Positions 19,987 through 28,307 of a stretch of DNA of 64,000 nt are shown in pieces. Numbering within the stretch: position 1 is the first letter of the stretch; the number at the start of each line of letters is the position of its first letter. Origin of the DNA: an uncultured Alphaproteobacteria bacterium (GTDB lineage: Bacteria > Pseudomonadota > Alphaproteobacteria > ATCC43930 > CGMCC-115725); contig CAWCKT010000055.1 of assembly GCA_963796155.1 (NCBI GenBank), positions 20,442 to 84,441 on the forward strand. The letters are read 5' to 3'. The notes under the pieces were generated by a model that had not been told where the DNA came from, did no database searches, and saw nothing but the letters and a program-made list of their open reading frames with translations. The position numbers were made by a program, and so were the translations under genes.

Positions 19987-21273
19987 ATGAAGCGTTCGGG
20001 TCTTCTCGCGGTCGCCGTCGCAGCGGTTTTATTGTTCTCGTTGCGCCAGGATGTCGGGGCGGCGACGGCCAATTCGGCTGACACCTACAAGCAGCTCGAT
20101 CTGTTCGGTGCAGTGTTCGAAAAGGTGCGTGCCGAATATGTCGACGACGTCAGCGACGATTTTCTGATCGAGTCCGCGATCAACGGCATGCTAACCTCGC
20201 TCGACCCGCACTCTAATTATCTGAACACGAAGAACTTCGACGACATGAAGGTGCAGACCCGTGGCGAGTTCGGCGGCCTGGGGATCGAAGTGTCGATGGA
20301 GAACGGCATCGTCAAAGTGGTCTCGCCGATCGACGATACTCCGGCTGCCCGCGCCGGGCTAAAACCCGGCGATCTGATCACCCATATCGACGGCGAGCCC
20401 GTCCAGGGGATGACCCTTCCCGAAGCGGTCGAGAAAATGCGTGGTCCGGTCAGCAGCGAGATAAAGCTGACGATCCGGCGCGAGGGGCGCGAACCCTTCG
20501 ACATCAAGCTGATCCGGGCGACGATAAAGATTCAGTCTGTCCGCTCGCATCTCGAAGGCGACAATATCGCCTATATCCGGATTACGACGTTCAACGAGCA
20601 GACCGATGTCGGCCTCAACAACGCGATGAAGAACCTCAAGCAGCAGGCCGGCAACAAGCTCCTCGGGGTGGTCCTCGACCTGCGCAACGATCCGGGCGGG
20701 CTGCTCGACCAGGCGGTCGCCGTCGCCGACGCGTTTCTCGACAAGGGCGAGATCGTATCGACCCGCGGCCGGCGCAGCGAGGACGCGCAGCGCTACGACG
20801 CCCGTCCGGGTGACATCGCCGCCGGCTTGCCGATGGTCGTGCTGATCAACGGCGGCTCGGCTTCGGCCAGCGAGATCGTCGCCGGCGCCCTGCAGGATCA
20901 CCACCGCGCGATCCTGCTCGGCACCCGATCGTTCGGCAAGGGATCGGTCCAGACGATCATCCCGCTGCCCGGCCACGGGGCAATGCGGCTCACCACCGCG
21001 CGCTATTACACGCCCTCGGGGCGGTCGATCCAGGCCAAGGGGATCGATCCGGACATCGTCGTCGAAGCCGCCAAGATCGAGAAACCTCCCGAGAAGGGCG
21101 AGGCCACCGTCGCTACGGCCTCGGATTTGAAGAGGGATGACTCCGGCGAGGGCGGTGCGGAGCAGAGCTCGGTCGATCCGTCGATCATCGGGACACCGGC
21201 GGACTACCAGTTGACGCGCGCGGCGGACATGCTGCGCGGCATCGCATTGTTTAACGGGCGCGTGGTAAACTAG
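19987..21273 (+). CDS. ctpA: Carboxy-terminal processing (S41) protease
   Basis: Signal peptide. PDZ region GLGIEVSMENGIVKVVSPIDDTPAARAGLKPGDLI. VLDLRNDPGGLLDQAV, NGGSASASEIVAGALQD, GTRSFGKGSVQT. Confidence 0.9.
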   Translation: MKRSGLLAVAVAAVLLFSLRQDVGAATANSADTYKQLDLFGAVFEKVRAEYVDDVSDDFLIESAINGMLTSLDPHSNYLNTKNFDDMKVQTRGEFGGLGIEVSMENGIVKVVSPIDDTPAARAGLKPGDLITHIDGEPVQGMTLPEAVEKMRGPVSSEIKLTIRREGREPFDIKLIRATIKIQSVRSHLEGDNIAYIRITTFNEQTDVGLNNAMKNLKQQAGNKLLGVVLDLRNDPGGLLDQAVAVADAFLDKGEIVSTRGRRSEDAQRYDARPGDIAAGLPMVVLINGGSASASEIVAGALQDHHRAILLGTRSFGKGSVQTIIPLPGHGAMRLTTARYYTPSGRSIQAKGIDPDIVVEAAKIEKPPEKGEATVATASDLKRDDSGEGGAEQSSVDPSIIGTPADYQLTRAADMLRGIALFNGRVVN

Positions 21274-21313
21274 GGCCGATCACGCCGCGGGCCTGGCTAA
21301 CTCGGAGCGGCCG

Positions 21314-21796
21314 ATGCCCGGCGCGACACTGCGATATCGCCCGGCGGTCGGCATCATGCTGTTGAACCAAGCGGGCGAAGTCTTTGTCGCCCGCCGTATC
21401 GACATGCCGATGCTGCCGGCATGGCAGATGCCGCAGGGCGGGATCGACCCGGGCGAGACACCGCTCGGCGCAGCTCTGCGCGAGCTCAAGGAAGAGATCG
21501 GCACCAACGAGGCTGAGCTTCTCGGCGAAACCCGGGGCTGGCTGAAATACGACTTGCCGGCGGACCTCGCCCGTGGCGTGTGGGGTGGCCGCTATCGCGG
21601 CCAGCGGCAGAAATGGTTCGCCATGCGCTTCACCGGCAACGACACGGATATCGACCTCGCCGCCGAGCATCCGGAATTCGACGCCTGGAAGTGGATACGG
21701 CCCGGCCGGCTTCCCGAGGTGATCGTCCCGTTCAAACGCCAGCTTTATATCGACATCCTGGCCGAATTCCGCGTGCATTGCGCCCCCTCCCTTTAG
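21314..21796 (+). CDS. rppH: RNA pyrophosphohydrolase (Nudix)
   Basis: YRPAVGIMLLN, WQMPQGGIDPGETPLGAALRELKEEIG Nudix box, GQRQKWF. The gpmI-ctpA-rppH synteny is typical of Rhizobiales. Confidence 0.9.
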   Translation: MPGATLRYRPAVGIMLLNQAGEVFVARRIDMPMLPAWQMPQGGIDPGETPLGAALRELKEEIGTNEAELLGETRGWLKYDLPADLARGVWGGRYRGQRQKWFAMRFTGNDTDIDLAAEHPEFDAWKWIRPGRLPEVIVPFKRQLYIDILAEFRVHCAPSL

Positions 21797-21875
21797 CCTC
21801 GGCGCATCATCACGGTACCGGCCTGCGCTACGCTTCGTCTTCGCCCACGGACCCACCCTGCGGCCGGGAGGCACA

Positions 21876-23381
21876 ATGCGCCGGTCTAGCGGAATACTCC
21901 CAGTCACCTGGTTCGGCGCCCTCCTCCTCGGGATCGCGGTCTTTACATCGGCGCACGCGCAGTCCGTGACGACCTACCACGGCAGCGCCGACCGCAGCGG
22001 CAATTTCATCGTGCCGACGCTGAGCTGGGAGCGCGCCCGCTCGGTCCATCTCGACCCGAGCTTCCACCCGCGGATCTCGGGCCACGTCTATGCCCAGCCG
22101 CTCTATTGGCGGCCGCCGGGATCGGCATCGGGGCAGCTTTTCGTCGCCACCGAGGACGACAACGTCTACGCGATCGACGCACGCTCGGGCCGCGAGATCT
22201 GGGCGCGATCGTTGGGCCGGCCCGTCGCGCTCTCAACTCAGCCTTGCGGCAATATCGACCCGCTCGGCATCACCGGTACGCCGGTCATCGACGAGGCGGC
22301 GCAGGCGATTTATCTCGACGCGATGGTCGCCGAGGCGTCCGTGCCGCATCACCGGATTTTCGCCCTGTCGCTGAAGGACGGCGCGCCGTTGCCGGGCTGG
22401 CCGGTCGATGTTGCCGAGGCGCTCGCGGCGCAGGGCCGGCGCTTCAACAGCCGCTTTCAGAACCAGCGCGGCGCGCTCGCCCTCCTTGCCGGCCGGGTCT
22501 ATGTCCCCTATGGCGGGCATTTGGGCGATTGCGGCGATTACCGCGGCTGGGTCGTCGGCCTTCGTCTGCAGGATCCTCGCGACATCGTCAGCTGGAGCAC
22601 GCGCGGGCGGGGCGGCGGGATCTGGGCACCGGGCGGGATCGCCGGCGACGGCCGCTCGCTGTTCATCGCCACCGGCAATACGATCGGCGTCTCGGCCTGG
22701 AGCGACGGCGAGGCGGTCTTTCGCCTCGCCCCCGATCTTCATCATGACAAACTGCCGCAGGACTTTTTCGCCCCGAGCGACTGGCGCGCGCTCGACGCCC
22801 GCGACGCTGACCTCGGCGGCACCAACCCGCTCCCGCTGGACGTGCCGTCGGCCGGCGCTAGCGCGGCGCTCATCCTCGCGCTCGGCAAGGACGCCCGCGC
22901 CTACCTCCTCGATCGAAACCGGCTCGGCGGCATCGGCGGCAGCCGGGCTTCCGAGACCGTGTCGACCGGACCGATCCTCACCGCGCCGGCAGCCTACCCG
23001 GCCGGCGACGGCGTCTATGTCGCCTTCCAAGGGCACGGCGCGCGCTGCCCGGATACCCGTCGGGACGATGCGCTGACCGTCCTGCAAATCCGTGCCGGTT
23101 CGCCACCTACCCTCGTTACTGGCTGGTGCGGCGCGTTGCGAGGCGAAGGTTCGCCGATCGTCACGACGACCGACGGCCGCGCAAACCCGATCGTCTGGAT
23201 TCTCGGCGCGGAAGGCGACAACCGGCTGCACGGCTATCGCGGCGATACCGGCGAACCGCTGTTTGCCGGTGGCGGTGCGGAGGACGCGATGACCGGGCTG
23301 CGACATTTCCAAAGCTTGCTCGCCACCGACGATCGGCTCTATGTCGGCGCCGACGGCCGCCTCTACGCCTTTGCCTTTTGA
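21876..23381 (+). CDS. Secreted PQQ-like beta-propeller repeat protein
   Basis: GGGAGG SD. Signal peptide ending AHAQS. LFVATEDDNVYAIDARSGREIW and a terminal DDRLYVGADGRLYAF are PQQ/BamB-type repeats. Confidence 0.7.
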   Translation: MRRSSGILPVTWFGALLLGIAVFTSAHAQSVTTYHGSADRSGNFIVPTLSWERARSVHLDPSFHPRISGHVYAQPLYWRPPGSASGQLFVATEDDNVYAIDARSGREIWARSLGRPVALSTQPCGNIDPLGITGTPVIDEAAQAIYLDAMVAEASVPHHRIFALSLKDGAPLPGWPVDVAEALAAQGRRFNSRFQNQRGALALLAGRVYVPYGGHLGDCGDYRGWVVGLRLQDPRDIVSWSTRGRGGGIWAPGGIAGDGRSLFIATGNTIGVSAWSDGEAVFRLAPDLHHDKLPQDFFAPSDWRALDARDADLGGTNPLPLDVPSAGASAALILALGKDARAYLLDRNRLGGIGGSRASETVSTGPILTAPAAYPAGDGVYVAFQGHGARCPDTRRDDALTVLQIRAGSPPTLVTGWCGALRGEGSPIVTTTDGRANPIVWILGAEGDNRLHGYRGDTGEPLFAGGGAEDAMTGLRHFQSLLATDDRLYVGADGRLYAFAF

Positions 23382-23443
23382 TGCCGGAGTTGCACCGGCG
23401 CCGGTGCGGCGCGAGACTGCCCGACGGCCTCGGAGGTAAGATT

Positions 23444-24406
23444 ATGAGGGCCCTAACCCGGCTGTGCCTGCTGCTGGTCATCCTCGGAGTTTGCGGAAAT
23501 GCCGGCGCCGCTGCTTATCCGGACCGGGCGATCCGCATCGTCGTGCCGTTTCCGCCGGGCGGCCCGGTCGATGTCGTGGCGCGCATCGTCGCGCCCAAGC
23601 TCGGCGAGCGCCTCGGTCAAATTGTCACGATCGACAACGTCAGCGGCGACGACGGGATCGTCGGCAGCGATCTCGTGGCCAAGGCGCCTCCCGACGGCTA
23701 CACCTTACTGCTCGCGTCGACCACTCACACGATCCACCCGGGTACCTACGGCAAACTGCCCTTCGACACCGAAAAAGCCTTCGCCCCGATCTCACTCCTG
23801 GTGGCCTCGCAGCTCGTCCTCGTCGTCAACCCGTCGCTGCCCGTCAATTCGGTGGAGGATCTGATCGCCTACGCCAAGAGCCACCCGCGGATGCTCCGTT
23901 ACGCCTCGGCCGGCGCCGGCGGCCCGACCCAGCTCGCCTTCGTGCTGTTCAAGATCACCACGGGCGCTGAAATAATCCGCGAGCCTTACGAAGGCGGTGC
24001 AGCGGCGCTCGATGCCGTCGCTAACGACAAGGCGCAGGTCATGCTGGCGCCCCTGGTCGCGGCATTGCCGATGGTGCAAGACGGACGACTGCGCGCGCTC
24101 GCCGTCAGCGGCGCGCATCATGCCCCTGCAGCGCCCGAGCTGCCGACGATCGCCGAGACGCTCCCCGGCTTTACCGCCGTAGCGTGGTTTGGGGTATTGG
24201 CGCCCGCGGGAACACCGACGGCGGTGATCACTCGGCTGAGTGCCGAGTTCGACCGCATCGTCCATGAACCGGAAACCGAGAAAGAGTTCGCGTCGATCGG
24301 CGGCGAGCCTGTCGGCGGCTCGCCCGCCATTCTCGCCGCGCTCATTCACGCGGAGATCCCGAAATGGACCCGGGCCGCCAAGGAGGCAGGCATCCGTGTC
24401 GAGTAA
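23444..24406 (+). CDS. Tripartite tricarboxylate transporter substrate-binding protein (Bug/TctC family)
   Basis: Trimmed to ATG 23444 after GGAGG. Signal peptide followed by YPDRAIRIVVPFPPGGPVDVVARIVAPKL, the hallmark N-terminus of the Bug family. Confidence 0.9.
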   Translation: MRALTRLCLLLVILGVCGNAGAAAYPDRAIRIVVPFPPGGPVDVVARIVAPKLGERLGQIVTIDNVSGDDGIVGSDLVAKAPPDGYTLLLASTTHTIHPGTYGKLPFDTEKAFAPISLLVASQLVLVVNPSLPVNSVEDLIAYAKSHPRMLRYASAGAGGPTQLAFVLFKITTGAEIIREPYEGGAAALDAVANDKAQVMLAPLVAALPMVQDGRLRALAVSGAHHAPAAPELPTIAETLPGFTAVAWFGVLAPAGTPTAVITRLSAEFDRIVHEPETEKEFASIGGEPVGGSPAILAALIHAEIPKWTRAAKEAGIRVE

Positions 24407-26513
24407 AACCCGCGGGGACCCGGCAAGCCTCTCGATCCTCAGGGTCGCACCGGTCATCGCCCTCGCCGCGGCGCTGAACGCAGCCCCGCCCGCGCGCGCG
24501 GACGGGCCCCCCAACCCCCAGGATCTCGTCAAGGCCGAGCTCGTCGCAGAAACACCGTCTGTCGCTCCGGCGGCGACGCTGTGGGTCGACCTTCATCTCG
24601 CGATCAAGCCGGGTTGGCATGTTTATTGGCGCAATCCCGGCGATTCCGGATTGCCGACGACGATCGAATGGAAATTGCCGCCGGGTTTCTCGGCCGGCGG
24701 CATCTCGTGGCCGGTGCCGGAGCGTTTCGTGCAAGCGGGGATCGGCAATTACGGCTACGCCGGCTCGGCCGATCTCCTCGTTCCGATCCATGCCGCCAAG
24801 GAGCTCGCGGTGGGTGAGACGGCCATGCTCGGGGCCGAGGCGAGCTGGCTCGCCTGCGCCGATATTTGCATTCCCGGCGGCGCCAAGCTCTCCCTGAGCC
24901 TGCCCGTCGCCGCAGCGCCGGTCGCGCCCGATCCCCGCGCCGCGGCGCTCTTCGCCGCGGTCCGCCGGCGGTTGCCGCTTCCGGCCCCGTTCGAGAGCCA
25001 CTTTTTTGCGGGCGCCGGTGATTACCGTCTGCTGATTCCGGAGAGTGCTCTCGCCGGCCTGCGCGACCCGGCCGGGATGTTTTTCCCGAACGGCGATTCT
25101 CTGATCGACCACGCCGCCGCGCCCGTCACGAACCGCCGCGGCGACGGCCTCGAAATCGTACTGAAAAAGGCCACCGCGGCCGCCGCCGCGCCGGCGACCC
25201 TCGACGGCGTATTGGTGTTGCGCGGCGAGGACGGGGCCGAGCGTGCCTTCGACATCAGCGCCAATCCTGCCGCGGGGCTGCCGGCCGAGAATGGCCTCGC
25301 CTGGTGGCAAGCCCTGCTCCTCGCCTTTCTCGGCGGCGTCGTTCTCAACGCCATGCCGTGCGTGTTCCCGATCCTGTCGTTGAAGCTCCTGAGCCTCGCC
25401 AAGCAGGCGCATGGCCACCCCTCCGAGCAGCTCGGCCACGGGCTCGCCTATACGGCGGGGGTGCTGGCGAGTTTCGCGGCACTCGGCGGCGCGTTGCTGG
25501 CGCTGCGCACCGGCGGGCAAGCGATCGGCTGGGGCTTTCAGCTGCAAACGCCGGTCTTTGTCGCGCTGGTCGCCTATCTCCTCTTTGCGATGGGGCTGAG
25601 CCTCTCGGGCGTTGTTACCTTCGGGGCGGGTTTCGCCGGGGCCGGCGGACGGCTCGCCGGCCGGTCGGGGCTGACCGGCACGTTCTTTACCGGGGTGCTG
25701 GCAACGATCGTCGCGACCCCGTGCACCGCCCCCTTCATGGGCGCTGCCCTCGGCTTTGCGCTGATCGCGCCCGCTGCGATGGCAATCGGGATCTTTCTGG
25801 CACTCGGCTTCGGGCTCGCCGCGCCCTACCTCCTCGCCACCGTGACCCCCGGCTGGCAACGCGTGTTGCCGAGGCCGGGGGCGTGGATGGATCTGGTCAA
25901 GCAGCTGCTCGCCTTCCCGCTTTACGGCACGGTCGCCTGGCTCGTGTGGGTGCTGATCCAGGAGGCCGGACCGGGCGGTTCGCTGGCGGCGTTGTTCGGA
26001 TTGGTGCTGGTCGGCTTTGCCGTCTGGATCTTCGGGCGGACGCGGCTTTCGGCTCCTCTCGGACGCTCGCTAGGCGCCGGGCTCGCCCTCAGCGGCGCGG
26101 CCGCGGCAATCTTTCTTGCCGCGTCTCTCACGGCAACCGGGGGTCGGATGGCGAACGCGGCGTTGTCTGACAGGCTCGCCTACGAGCCGTTCACCGCGGC
26201 CCGGCTGTCGGCTCTCGAAGCTGCGGGCAAGCCGGTCTTTGTCAATCTGACGGCTTCCTGGTGCGTCACCTGTCTGATCAACGAACGCGTCGCCCTCGAC
26301 AGCGACGCGGTGCGCAATGCCTTCGCCGCACGCGGCATCGTCCCCCTCAAAGGCGACTGGACCAGCCAAAACCCGGAGATCACGGCTCTCCTGCAGCAGT
26401 TCGGGCGCAGCGGCGTTCCGCTCTATCTGCTCTATGGCGGCAAGGGCGAACCCGTTATCCTGCCGCAGATCCTGACTGCGGCGAGCGTGCTCGACGCACT
26501 CGGCAAGGTTTGA
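24396..26513 (+). CDS. DsbD/ScsB-family thiol:disulfide reductase (N-terminal DsbD-alpha-like, TM core, C-terminal thioredoxin)
   Basis: Probable GTG 24396 overlapping the tctC-like stop. HVYWRNPGDSGLPT. TM cysteines LNAMPCVFP and ATPCTAPFMG. C-terminal FVNLTASWCVTCLINE. Confidence 0.85.
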   Translation: MSSKTRGDPASLSILRVAPVIALAAALNAAPPARADGPPNPQDLVKAELVAETPSVAPAATLWVDLHLAIKPGWHVYWRNPGDSGLPTTIEWKLPPGFSAGGISWPVPERFVQAGIGNYGYAGSADLLVPIHAAKELAVGETAMLGAEASWLACADICIPGGAKLSLSLPVAAAPVAPDPRAAALFAAVRRRLPLPAPFESHFFAGAGDYRLLIPESALAGLRDPAGMFFPNGDSLIDHAAAPVTNRRGDGLEIVLKKATAAAAAPATLDGVLVLRGEDGAERAFDISANPAAGLPAENGLAWWQALLLAFLGGVVLNAMPCVFPILSLKLLSLAKQAHGHPSEQLGHGLAYTAGVLASFAALGGALLALRTGGQAIGWGFQLQTPVFVALVAYLLFAMGLSLSGVVTFGAGFAGAGGRLAGRSGLTGTFFTGVLATIVATPCTAPFMGAALGFALIAPAAMAIGIFLALGFGLAAPYLLATVTPGWQRVLPRPGAWMDLVKQLLAFPLYGTVAWLVWVLIQEAGPGGSLAALFGLVLVGFAVWIFGRTRLSAPLGRSLGAGLALSGAAAAIFLAASLTATGGRMANAALSDRLAYEPFTAARLSALEAAGKPVFVNLTASWCVTCLINERVALDSDAVRNAFAARGIVPLKGDWTSQNPEITALLQQFGRSGVPLYLLYGGKGEPVILPQILTAASVLDALGKV

Positions 26514-26530
26514 CCCTGATGGAGGTGATT

Positions 26531-27172
26531 ATGGGCAAGCTCGCTCCGACCATCGCCATGACAGCCGCGCTCGTCGCCGCTGTGGCGTTATCGACCGATC
26601 GCGCCACCGCGATCGACGCCGCCGCCGCCAAGCCGGGCGCCCCGGCGCCGGCCTTCAGCGCGCCGGATATCGCCGGCCGGACAATCAGTCTCGGCGACTA
26701 CGCCGGCAAGATCGTCATCCTCGAATGGACCAATGACGGCTGCCCCTTTGTCGGCAAGCACTACAACAGCGGCAACATGCAGGCGCTGCAACGCAAATAT
26801 ACCGGCGAGGGCGACGTCTGGCTGACCATCGCCTCCTCGGCGCCGGGCGAGCAGGGTTATGTGACGCCGGCCGACGCGAAGGCCGACCTCGCCCGCTGGC
26901 ATGCCGCGCCGACCGATTACCTGCTCGACCCGAACGGCGTGGTCGGCCGCCTCTACGATGCGCGGGCGACACCGACCATGGTCGTGATCGATCGCGACGG
27001 TAGCGTCGCCTACATCGGCGCCATCGACGACACGCCCTCGACCCGCCTCGCCGACGTCAAGACCGCCAAGAACTATCTCGTCGCGGCACTCGACGAGATC
27101 GCCGCCGGCAAGCCGGTCGCCGTCGCCGCCACCCCCGCCTACGGCTGCTCGATCAAGTACAAGACGAGCTGA
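26531..27172 (+). CDS. Periplasmic thioredoxin-fold (TlpA/redoxin-like) protein
   Basis: GGAGGTGA SD. Signal peptide. KIVILEWTNDGCPFVGKHY and ATPTMVVIDRDGSVAYIGAIDD. Confidence 0.8.
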   Translation: MGKLAPTIAMTAALVAAVALSTDRATAIDAAAAKPGAPAPAFSAPDIAGRTISLGDYAGKIVILEWTNDGCPFVGKHYNSGNMQALQRKYTGEGDVWLTIASSAPGEQGYVTPADAKADLARWHAAPTDYLLDPNGVVGRLYDARATPTMVVIDRDGSVAYIGAIDDTPSTRLADVKTAKNYLVAALDEIAAGKPVAVAATPAYGCSIKYKTS

Positions 27173-27178
27173 TTACCC

Positions 27179-27250
27179 TCAAATATACACCCCGCGCCCC
27201 GCCCTCGGGATAGCGAGTGCCCGCCGCGGCGCCGATCGGGATCGCGGCGG
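27179..27250 (-). repeat. 72-bp degenerate copy of the 3' end of the aldo/keto reductase gene (direct repeat of 35717-35790)
   Basis: Hand alignment gives 4 substitutions plus one 2-nt gap over 74 columns. On the minus strand it encodes ...IPIGAAAGTRYPEGGARGVY, versus IPIGAAAGTRYPEGGMRGVYI* in the intact gene. Confidence 0.8.
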
Positions 27251-28099
27251 CGCAGGATGAGGCCATCGCCCAGGCTCTTGGGCGGGGGCGTCCGACCCTC
27301 TCGGAGTCCGAGAGCAAAGAGCTGCTGGCCGCCTGGGGGGTGGGGAGTGCGCGCGAGCACCGGGCAAATTCTGCAGAGGAAGCCGTCGCGGCCGCAGAAG
27401 AGCTCGGGTTTCCGGTGGCTCTCAAGGTCGAGTTCGCCGGATATTCCGCACAAGACAGAGGCCGGGGTCGTTCGCCTGAACCTCGGCGATGCGGCACAAG
27501 TGCGAACGGCCTACGCCGAGATCCTGGCCAGTGCCAAGACCTATCTAAGTGCCCTCCCCCTCGATGGGGGAGGGTTGGGAGGGGGTGACCGTGCCAGTGG
27601 CAATCCATTCGGGCACCGGGCGCGGAATTCACCCCCACCCCGGCCCTCCCCCATCAAGGGGGAGGGAGCAGAGGCGGAAAATGCGATAGCGCCACAGGCC
27701 CGGATCATCGGCGTGTCGGTGCAGGAGATGGTCGGAGAAGGTGTCGAAGTCATCATTGGCGTCAATTGCGACCCGCAATTGGGCCCGGTGCTGCTGTTCG
27801 GCAGTGGCGGCGTGCTGGTCGAGGTCTACAACGATGTGGCCCTGCGGCGCTGCCCGATCTCACGCTCGGAAGCACGGGCCATGATCGCTGAGGTCAAAGG
27901 AGCCCGGTTGCTCCAGGGCTTTCGCGGACGGCCAGCGGCGGACCTCGCCGCACTCGCGGATACCCTGGTGCGCGTGTCGTCCCTCGCCACGCACCTTGAA
28001 GCACGCCTGGCAGAGTTGGACATCAACCCGCTCATGGTGCTGCCGTCAGCTCAGGGAGTGAAGGCGGTAGACGTCCTCGTCGTGTTGCGCGGCACATAG
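27240..28099 (+). pseudogene. C-terminal ATP-grasp part of an ADP-forming acetate/acyl-CoA ligase family protein; no N-terminus, frameshifted near 27430-27445, REP insertion inside
   Basis: Frame a reads LSESESKELLAAWGV...AEELGFPVALKV. Frame b reads SPDIPHKTEAGVVRLNLGDAAQVRTAYAEI...IIGVSVQEMV...VIIGVNCDPQLGPVLLFGSGGVLVEVYNDVALR...LAELDINPLMV. Confidence 0.7.
27551..27667. repeat. Nested palindromic REP-like element (two CCCTCCCCC/GGGGGAGGG hairpins flanking further inverted repeats)
   Basis: Stems 27552-27560/27566-27574, 27644-27652/27658-27666, 27581-27588/27629-27636 and GTGCC/GGCAC at 27591-27595/27612-27616. Translated through as ALPLDGGGLGGG...PSPIKGEG. Confidence 0.75.
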
Positions 28100-28307
28100 T
28101 GCTACACTTGGCTGAGAGCCGGACTCAAAAATTTGCAGAGCCTAATCGTCGGCGGCAGAGGACCGCTTTCGAAACCACTACGGCCGCTCAGCCTTGGCGG
28201 CCGGAGCCGCTCTTGATGCCCCGTACCGGCCAATAGCCGTGTCACCGTCGATTCCGGTGGATCCTCGACAGCGGTCATTAGCGGCATCGAGCTGCTGACG
28301 CGCTCAG

